Shown: piece by piece, positions 54,410 through 64,000 of the stretch
How positions within the stretch are numbered: the stretch's first letter is position 1
Layout of the letters: each line of letters opens with the position of its first letter
Assembly (NCBI GenBank): GCA_000165425.1
Contig: CT868040.1
Span: 124,001 to 188,000, forward strand
DNA: 64,000 nt
From: Paramecium tetraurelia
Lineage: Eukaryota
Direction of reading: 5' to 3'
Notes under the pieces: model-generated
The model's database searches: none
Told to the model about the DNA's origin: nothing
Seen by the model: the letters and a program-made list of their open reading frames with translations, nothing else
Program-made: the position numbers and the translations under genes

Positions 54410-56022
54410 TCATTTCTTAACTGACGAAGTGGTGACTTAAGTCAGAGGTTTTTAGTAATAGCTGGTTGATGGCCTTTGTTAAGGTTGTTATTGTTAAGTT
54501 TGGACAGCAGATTTGTTGACCTTATTTGGTTGGGAAGCCATCTATTATTAAATAAAAGGATAATAATATCCTTGTTTGGTTTGCATAGATTGAATCATGG
54601 AACTACTCTTATGATGAGTCTGTTGTTAAGGAGCAACAGCTTATTGCTAGGCCTAAGACTGTTTGGGCATTTCCACTGAGGATTATCGTCCTCCCATCTA
54701 ACCAGATTGTGGTCTCTAAGCTTTTCGTTATTATTGCAACAACAACTATTGCTAATAGATTTATTATTGGATGAGATCTGGTTGAGAAAGCTTTTGCTCT
54801 TAAAGAGTCTCTTCCTTCTCTGGAGCCTACTGAACTTGATTTTGTTTGTCATCCAGAGAAACTCCCAACTAGGCTAAATACTTAGCTTGCCATTTCTTTC
54901 GTTGTTCCTTCTTTCGTTAACTAATATCTGCATACAATGCTTCTCGATACTCTTTGATAGTGAACTTCTTATTATCATTCATCGTAATCCTGATGGGATG
55001 CTAACACACAATCTCTTCGTCGGGAGAAGAGAAGTCTCTGACATACTTATGTTTCAAAGCTTGTTCTGCTGTCAACCTTTAATTGGGATTGTAACACAAC
55101 AGTCTTCTAATCAAGTCTAAAGCTTCTTCTGAAGCTCCTTGGAAAAAGGACTAGAATGCTTTTTTCTTTGATGTATTTATGGAGGCCAAAATGTTAGCAG
55201 CCAAAGGACTTTCAAGAGAATCTATCTCATCGCCTCTTGGTTTTCCCAAGAGTTCTATAATCCTCTCAATTTGATTGAGTGTTGATGTTCCTGGGAAAAT
55301 GGCTTTGCCAACAATCAATTCACCTATGATGCATCCAACTGACCACATATCAACAGCCTTGGAGTATTTAGTAGACCCTAACAGAATCTCAGGTGCTCTA
55401 TACCATCTTGTTGCTACGTATTCAGTTAACACTATTTAACCTACAAATATATTAAATCTGATCTAGTACTATCATCTTCTGTTTGAGCTAAGCTTCTGGC
55501 TAATCCAAAATCGGCCACCTTTATCAAACATTCAGAATCCAACAAAATATTGGATGGTTTCAAATCTCTGTGGATTAATTCTCCAGAATGAATGAATTTT
55601 AATGCCTTCAGAGTTTAGTAAACTATATATTTCTTGTGAATCTCTTCCAATATATTTGCTCGCTTGTAATTATTATTATTATATCATTACAATCACTGCA
55701 TGAAGATCAGTTTCCATGTAATCAAATACCAGGTAAAGATCCTTATTATTCTCTGCTTTTATGATGTTAAGCAATCTCACTATATTTTCGTGACCATTCA
55801 ATTCCTACAAAAACATCACTTCTCTAAATGTTCTTTAAGCATCAGTCGCATTATGAAAAGCGTCGAAAACTTTTTTTAGTGCAACGACCTACAATAACTA
55901 AACAACTATACCTATTTCAACTTTTTATCCACTGCTTTCCACACTATGCCATATGCTCCTTTCCCTAATTTCGAGATAATCTCGAATTTCCTTGCTATAT
56001 GAGGTTCTATCTCTTCACTCAT
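54410..56022 (-). CDS. MAP kinase, ERK7/8 (MAPK15) subfamily
   Basis: [58 protein letters not shown]; Gln-rich tail. Confidence 0.93.
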
Positions 56023-56591
56023 TTCGTTATAAAAATTATATTATCAATACAAACAATATAAATTATTTAAAAAATCTTGACCCAAACTTACACCTATATT
56101 ATCCAATTTTAAATCAAAAATTACTCCAGGCTGTTGCATCCTTCCTTCAATCTTAATTTAAGAAACTTACAATAATAAACAACAATCAATTTGTTTCTCA
56201 ATTAATATTATTATATTAACTTCCATATTACGCTTTATAATATCAAAATTAAGTGACTTTAGAATTATCTTCTCTATTTATACTATATTAACGCCACCTT
56301 TAAGATATTGATTCAATTACTCTCATCCAATCAATTTCTTAAAGTAGAGCTAAAAAAACTTTATAATAGATGCTACATATATCTAGGGTGTTAGATGTTT
56401 TTGAATAATTAAACAATAAATAATTTAGCTAAAATTAATTAAGTATAATTTAATAAAATTGCTATTGATTTATTTTTATTAATAAAATCCAGTTTTAATT
56501 GGATAATAAATTATATGTATAAAATTAATCTTGTTGGATCCAGTATGATATTATATGTAAGGATTATCATATTTAATAATTACTCTATAAA

Positions 56592-57239
56592 TCAATTTTA
56601 TTAGGTTGGGTTTTCCTCTTATTTTTACTATTTCTCAGCTAACTCCTATTGATGTTATTGTTAATGGTTGATCTGTTGTAAACCATTTTGAAGTAGTCCT
56701 GCTAATTCGTTAATCTCTTTCTTTATTTCCTATTGTTGAGTATTTGATAATTGTAGCCCATCTACTTTGATTACTAATTTTCCACTATTCTAATCATTGG
56801 TTCCCTGTTGTGCCTTTGGTCGTTATTTAAGCAAAGCGTCTGTATTGATTTGTATTACCAAATAGTAATACTCTCCCAACCAAATGCAAAGTTGGAAGAT
56901 AAAGGCGAGAGTATTTACTAATTTCACTTTACTTATAGCAAACCCTGCAATACAAATTGGTAAAGCGCAGCACAGATTGAAGAGGCAACCAATTCTTCCG
57001 TTGTAGCAATGCTGTACCATGAAAAAGGCACTCGCGAGTATGGAACAAACCTTGGAAGCTGTATTTTCGTAGCCAAAAACCTCAACACATAACACAATAT
57101 GAATTGCTATTGCAAACATCGAGTAGAAGGATACAACACCTCTATTTGCCATTCTAGCATTTTCTTCTGCTTTAGTAAATTCCTCTTCTGAAAGTTATAT
57201 TAATTCATTAATATTCCCTATTGTTAAAGTCTTCATCAT
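56592..57239 (-). CDS. Four-TM membrane protein with a Gln-rich tail
   Basis: Extends track ORF 56823-57152 both ways in the ciliate code; TGA at 56592-56594. Confidence 0.65.
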
Positions 57240-57739
57240 GATTGTAAAAATATTAATTTGAGTTATTTGCTAAAATCTGAATTATGAATTAAAATATCTA
57301 AAGGATCTTTTATTTTTATAATCTCAATTTTCAATACTACATTTTCGAATAACCCAAAGAGGGACTTGATGAAAACTGAAATTTAGTCCTTTTTGGCAGA
57401 AGTATCTATTGCAATATCATGTTTTCAGAATTATAAATAATCAAAATTAAGGTTAATTATTACAACAACGAAAATAAAGTGGGAGTAATTAAGTATCTAT
57501 TAAATGTCAAATTTAAGCAACAAACTAATATTTACAGTTATAATTATTCATTAATATATTTAAGAATAAAAAATAAATTTAATAAATAATAATAAATTAT
57601 TAAGACAAATTCTGGTAAATGAGGATTATTATAAAGTTTACATAGATGTAAAATTCCATAATATAAACAATTCAGGATGTCATAGACATTATTTAGATAT
57701 AATATTATTGATATAATTATATTTATTTAATTACATAAA

Positions 57740-59886
57740 ATGGGTTAATAAATTATTGGAAAATGCAAATAATGTGGCCCACAAAATGAGGATATCTTAC
57801 CGCAGATGGAATTCTCAAAGGAGATTAAGAGTGAAGTCGTCAAAAATCTAAAATAAAAGTTACATGAATTTGATTCTTATGCCATATAAAAGGTAACTAC
57901 ATATAGTCTGAAATATGATGGTTTGTTTAGAAAGGAAGACATCAAAAAAGAGAAGGTATACAATTTAGTAATAAGGTAATAGATTCGCTGGGTTTAGTTT
58001 TGCCTATGGATCTTGAGAAAATAAAGGTAATTAATGAAGAGGCAGGATTCAAATTCCACTGTGGTGTTAGTTTAGGAAATCCTATCAATATTGGATTTAA
58101 GACTGTCAGAGGATCCACGATTGAATTGAATGAATATGGATACACTCTAGTGAAATTATGGGGTCTTGGGGAAATGATGATCAACTTTGAATCTTGCATA
58201 TAAATTAAGGGCATTAAATTGGTTGGATTAGTGAGAGGAAACATTGACAATTATAAAAAGGTAATCATGAATAATGGATGGGAAGAATATGATCACATTA
58301 TTCTTGAAGATGACAACATTCTAGATCTATAATATGATGAATAGACTCATGAAATAAGGCACAACTCTATGCTAAGTGGATTATTGCTTTATGATGGATT
58401 TGTAATTTACAAGCATTATGTTGATAAATTGCAATTTCAGTGTGATTATCAGATTGTCAAAAAAGATGTTTTAGAATTGATTGAAAATGAAGTTAAGTAA
58501 GCTAACATAATTAATATGATTACCAACATCTCCTACATTAAATAATAAGAATATGTCAAACTGAAATAGTTTATCATGACTTAAAAAAAGCAATCCTTCA
58601 GTAGAGATGTCGAAGTTACTATCAAAAAGAAAACTATCTATTACAAAGAAGACAAGTAAGTTTATTATGATCAACCAATTATTTACATTAATAGTTCCCC
58701 AAAATCCTTCTCAATGGCTGATAAATTTGCCAATCAATTAGGCAAAAAGAATCTTAAATGGGATTCCAAATTGTTGAAAGCTAAACTCAATGAGAAAATT
58801 AAAGAATTCTCTCTTAATGTTCAAATCGCCTTGCAAAAAGACATTATCATATCAATTACAAAAGAGTCTTGTCAAATATAGGTTCACCATTGGGAAAATG
58901 GAATCTTAGTGCCTTATTATAAAACCTTGGATTACATCTCCTAAATCAAATTATGGATTGCAGCAAGTGAAGCCATCAAATATGAACCCAATGAAGATCC
59001 AGTGTAAGATCGAATAAGTGATTTGGTAGCTAAATTATTTGAAAATATACCCAAAGTTGATAAAGTTCTTGGCACTAATTATGCTAATATACCTTTTGTA
59101 GAGAAATGGAGACCACCATATGAAGAATTCGATCCTCATCCCAAAAATCTAGAAATCAATCGTAAAACTGATAAAATTCTATTGGTTTGGCTTTTTGATT
59201 ATGAAATTGAGGAGAATATGGAAAAATTAAAAGAATTAATCAAAATCAAAAAAAATAATCCCTAACTTGGAATACAAATAGCAATTTTGAGTTATCTAAG
59301 GTTTTCAACATGGACTACCAAATTTTAAGCTTTTTTGGATAAATATGAATTAACTAGGTCAGTATTGGATAATACAATAGAAACATGGTTTCCTCAGGAA
59401 GAACAATTAGGAAGATTTAAATTTAATGTAATCCTTTAAAGAATATATGGATTAATGTTAGATAAATAAGACATGATGATTGTGGATTCAAAAGGAATTG
59501 TGAGATTAATCGATAATAGTGCGACAATTATTAATAATTTGACTTAAGAAATTGATAAATTAAAAGAGAAAGTGAAAGTGGTTGTAAAGAATTACAACTA
59601 TTGGAGGTAATATTAGAATTTAAAGAAATGCATTAGAGACAATCCTTAATTAGCTGAAATAGTCAAAAAGATTTAAGAGAAGGGAATTGTAGAGGAGAGC
59701 AAGGTACTCATAGAATAAATGAAGGATAAAGTTTGGACATTTGAAAATGGGTAAGTTAAAGAAGAAAAATGGCATGAATAACCAACGAGAATTTTGAGAA
59801 ATATAACAGATTATACTGATATTAATGAGATGGCTAGAATTATTGCGAAATACATTGATAATAATGATATTTGTGCATTGAAATGA
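57740..59886 (+). CDS. Hypothetical protein, possibly N-myristoylated, with a thioredoxin-like region
   Basis: MGQQIIGKCKQC start; track ORFs 58000-58203 and 59023-59265 lie in frame; ILLVWLF...MMIVDSKGIVR resembles a redoxin fold without CxxC. Confidence 0.6.
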
Positions 59887-59899
59887 ATAATATATTGAA

Positions 59900-61095
59900 T
59901 CATTGTTAAGATTTTATTTTCTATTCTATTAATTATCTTTTCTCCTACTCTTATTATTATATCGTTAATATAGATTAGTTTTGTTTTTATAATTTTTTTA
60001 TTGTTAATTTATTAGGTTCACTCAACTATTGAATCTGTGCATCCTTACTAGCTAAGACTTGCTACAATTGGCTAATCTAATCTTTGTAATATTATTGTAA
60101 GGTGTCTAATTTAATATTTGAAATACTTAATTAATTTTTTAGAGTAGAATTTTCCTTGATGTATAAATCTGATTTATATTTAGAATCCTCGATTTATGAT
60201 TGGAATTGTCCTATGATTTACTTTAATTTTTTGTTTTCGTCAACGCTTTCCCTTAGTAATTATTAAAATTTCTTCATTTGTTCTGAACAGATTTCATATT
60301 TATTCTTTAAATCCAACTTCACTATATAATATTGAATACATATTCATACTATTGTTGGATTGGGATATCTCTTATTGATATTATAGAATTTTCTATGAGA
60401 TATCCACGAATTATTTCTTAAAATGATCTCGTTATTAGGTCAGCTTTTAGAGTTTTTCTTCTAGCCCATCTACTTACATACTAAGGGATTCTATTTTATT
60501 TAGATTGTTAATATTTTCACCCATTAATTTTTCATTAAACTATTAAACACATTTTCTAGTTTCAGCTTTTGTTTTAATGTCCATTTGCAGTTCACTCAGA
60601 CTTGATTATAGTTTGCAATTAAACAATTCAGTAGCTATTAACTTATTCTATATGATATTATTCTCTTCCTCCTAGTTCTCCAATTTCTTCACATAATCAT
60701 TAATCTGTTCACTCTATTTTTCCAAAATTCGTTCGAACTCTTACTTCTGTTACTCCATAAGACTTTCTAGATGTTTCCTGAGTTTCTCCTCATTCTTTTA
60801 TGACTCAAAGGTTAGTTCCTCAATAGTTCTCTAATAAGTCTAATTTTATTTTTAAAGATTATTTTCTAGCTATAAGTTCTATTCTTCTAATTCCTTTACT
60901 CTTATTTTAAGTGAATTCTTTTCGGATAATAACTCTTATATTTATTATTAGTAAAATGAGCTATTTGTGATCACAATCTTAAATAATTAAATCCTCTACT
61001 TGAAGTTCCTTCTCTAAATTTTCAATTGTGTTCTATTAAAGTTAAAGCCCTTATTCAAAATCCAGTATCTCAACATCGCTATCCGAGTCACACAT
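59900..61095 (-). CDS. Coiled-coil protein
   Basis: MCDSDSDVEILDFEQGLQLQQNTIENLEKELQ...; E/Q/K-rich heptads; TGA at 59900-59902. Confidence 0.65.
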
Positions 61096-61608
61096 CCTAT
61101 AAACTTTAATAATAATATTACATAAAAATGTCGACAATTTATAATATTCATATTGATTAACTTGAATAATACATCTAAGTCTAAATAGAATGCTTTATTA
61201 ACGATTGACCGATAAACGACTCAAAAATGATAGAGGTGTAACATGAAAATGCATCAGAAGTCTGTACCTTTTAAACTTGAATGATGCACACCATTGACTC
61301 AAATCCTTTTTATTAGATATCATTATTTACTGGTAATAATAACTTAATTATATCTAATTAATTCTCTAATTCATTTTCTTTCATTCAAATTTGATAGAAT
61401 AGTTAACATTATGCGCAGAAACAAAAATTCATTCAAAATTATAATAATTATCACCTATTAAAGTAAAGAAGGAATTCTATTTTAAATTAAATGAACATTA
61501 ATTTTTAATCCTATTAAAACTTTGCAGCAGAATGATAGTATTTCAGGAATATGTTGAATAAATTGATCATTTAATGTTAATTTGGAGTTATTATTAATGA
61601 TTATTTAT

Positions 61609-62745
61609 ATGATTCAAATATAATTTCCACAACTTAATAATCATATTTATGAAGATGAAAATCCAGACTATGCAAAACCCATGCAATTCTATATATCTGA
61701 AGCCTTGAATCGTTTATAGAAATCAATTCCAATAGAAACCAGATTCATTTTAAAGATCAATGATTAAGAAAAGGATATCACCGATGACTTATCAATTTTA
61801 CTAATAAGTACAGCTTCAAAGATTAAAATACTTCTCAATTTTTAGATTAAAATTGTTATCATATTTGAAACCCAAGAAGAGCAAATTACTCTTGATTATA
61901 ATTGCTTTGATAATTTATTTTGGTTAGAAAAGCAACTCAAAAAAACTCATAATATATCACCCTATCAGTTAAATTTCTTTCATAAATAAAATAAACTGCA
62001 TAAAGATAAACCCCTTATTGATTTACCCATTGAAAATGACAATGTAATTAATTGTTAAATAATTGGGACTTATTTAATCAAATATGAGGTTGAAACATCT
62101 ATAGAGATCAATATATATGCAACAATAGATTAAGTATATCAATAAGTGTAATAATGTTTCAATCTGTAACAGGAATTTCAACTCTATTTTTAGGAAACAT
62201 TATTAAAAAAAAAAACATTGGATAGAGACTTATTATTTTATGAAACTTAAATAAAACCTTATTCTGAAATTAAATTGAAAATAACTTCAAAAGTTGCTAT
62301 GTACATTTACATAGATACCATAAAGAAGTTCGAGTGTTATCTGGTTTCTCAAGACTTGAAGTTAAAGGATTTGAAAAATTATTTAATAGAATTATGTTAA
62401 ATTGATAAGCTTTGTTAGTATTAATTTGTTGTTGAAAATTAGATATTATTTGATGATTAATTTATTTCTCATTTATCAAAACAGTAATTGAACAATGTCA
62501 TTACCTTAAAAGCAGTAGATGAAAGTATAAAATTCTATATTTGCGAAAAAGATTTAGATTGTTTTAAAATAATTGTAGAAATGAATTAAAATACGCAAAT
62601 ATAGGATTTATAAAATTTAAAATAGTTGACGGGATAATAATGTCAATTTTATTTTAAGAATTAGCTTCTAAAAAAGGAGGAGACATTCTAATAAATTAAT
62701 TTAAAAAATAAAGATATTATTTATTATGAAATTCAATCAACTTGA
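61609..62745 (+). CDS. Hypothetical protein with possible ubiquitin-like repeats
   Basis: Open frame MIQIQFPQLNNHIYEDEN...; segments such as TIDQVYQQVQQCFNLQQEFQLYF and LKLKDLKNYLIELCQID resemble Ubl folds. Confidence 0.55.
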
Positions 62746-63022
62746 AAATTGATATTATTAATTACTTCAGATATAATGGCTTTTAATTTTATACTTCTTT
62801 AGTTAATAAATAACCAGAATCAATTTAATTTTAGATATTGCTAAATAATAATGTAACTTCTGATTCCTATATGTAAGTTCTAAACATAGTTATTATATAA
62901 ATCAATATCTCTAAACTATCTGAATTTCTTTTCTCTTGTCGTTCTATTGTTTGGCAGATTGATATAAATTTGATTCAAATTAAAGAAGTAGAAAAATTGT
63001 TATCATATTTATATTATAAAAT

Positions 63023-64000
63023 TCACATAAATGGTTTAGAATAACTTCCAGTTCCTAGATTGAGTAATGTTCTTAATCTATCAATTTCATCTTTCAATCT
63101 CCTATTTTCTTGAACAACATTGTAGTTTGAATTGGCTATAATTAATAGATTTGATTACATAGTTCAATTTTATTTGATGATTATGGCCTCTAAAGTATTT
63201 AAGATTGTTGTTATTATTGTAATTATTAGAATTATTTCTAAAGTTATTCAATTTGAATTTTGAGATGTTGATTCTCCTACTCTAAATCTCCAGCACTTTA
63301 TAGTACATATTCTAGTTCATCAAAGCCTTTCCTATAAATTAATAATGTATTTTACATACTTTAAAGTATCTAATTCTTATTTCAATCTCTAATTTTCTTT
63401 TTACAGTGCTTCACACTACTTCTTGTTGTCCTCAAAAGAATACTTTGATAATTTCATTTAATCTAATTCGATTCTCAATGATCTATTTTCTTATTCTAAT
63501 TGATTTCTATCTGCAATGAATCTGGCTGTGAGTTCTCGTATTTCCCTGTCTACTTATATCCTTCTTTGAAGTTCATTTTGATATCTCTGATCCTCACTTT
63601 CCTTATCTCTATTTTAATATTTAACTCTCCATTATTCACATTCCATTTATAACAAGGCGAGTTTCTTTTCGTATTCCCCTATTTTGACTCTTTGAGATAT
63701 CACTTCATTTTCAACTAAATCGACTCCCTTGTATCTCATCTCGCTAGTATTAAGTAGTTGCTAAACGTGAGTATTTTCTTCTCTCAATCGATCATTTTCA
63801 ACAGTAAGCAGAAATACAACCATGTAGATGTCCTCTCCTAACCAGGGTTTATTTGGAGGTTGTCCACCTTGCATGTCTTAGAAATTGGGTCTTTCTTCAA
63901 TGATCTTGGCCTGAATCTGCTGTAATTGGAACTTCATTCTTTATTCCTATTGAATTTGCGAAATGGATTGAGGGATTTCCCTATTGGGTTGCATAGGTGG
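63023..64000 (-). CDS. 3' part of a coiled-coil protein (5' end beyond the window)
   Basis: DIYMVVFLLTVENDRLREEN...ENRRLKDEIDRLRTLLNLGTGSYSKPFM*. Confidence 0.7.

Noticed and set aside
1..64000. Telomeric repeats, tRNA/rRNA genes, retained IES or transposon ORFs
   Set aside because: None recognised by eye; short TA-bounded IESs cannot be excluded without a germline comparison.

Overview
This is very AT-rich, gene-dense eukaryotic DNA that reads as ciliate macronuclear sequence, most likely Paramecium. TAA/TAG encode Gln, TGA is the only stop, GT-AG introns are about 20-30 nt, and intergenic gaps are as short as 14-30 nt, so the supplied standard-code ORF track fragments or misses most genes. 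Hand translation with the ciliate code gives about 35 protein genes. These include Pam16, a convergent pair of RING paralogs, a CDPK-like pseudokinase, fibrillarin, RIB43A, a LysM-TLDc (OXR1-like) protein, a UBR-box/RING-H2 E3 ligase, an Aurora-like kinase, epiplasmin, a TOG/XMAP215-like protein, a bZIP factor, an HP1-like chromo/chromoshadow protein, DAG kinase, an ABCG transporter, a FAR-17a/AIG1 protein, a 2-PGK-like NTPase, a 2OG-Fe(II) oxygenase and an ERK7-like MAPK. The strongest finding is non-coding: two near-identical ~250-bp cassettes (11.86 and 13.0 kb), each with an AAACCCATAA snRNA-type upstream element, a ~105-nt multi-hairpin body ending in GTTC and an AAACGAAA 3'-box-like motif, embedded in decayed gene fragments. 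A possible body-deleted third copy lies at 29.3 kb. CDS coordinates span introns and were derived by eye; no database searches were run.
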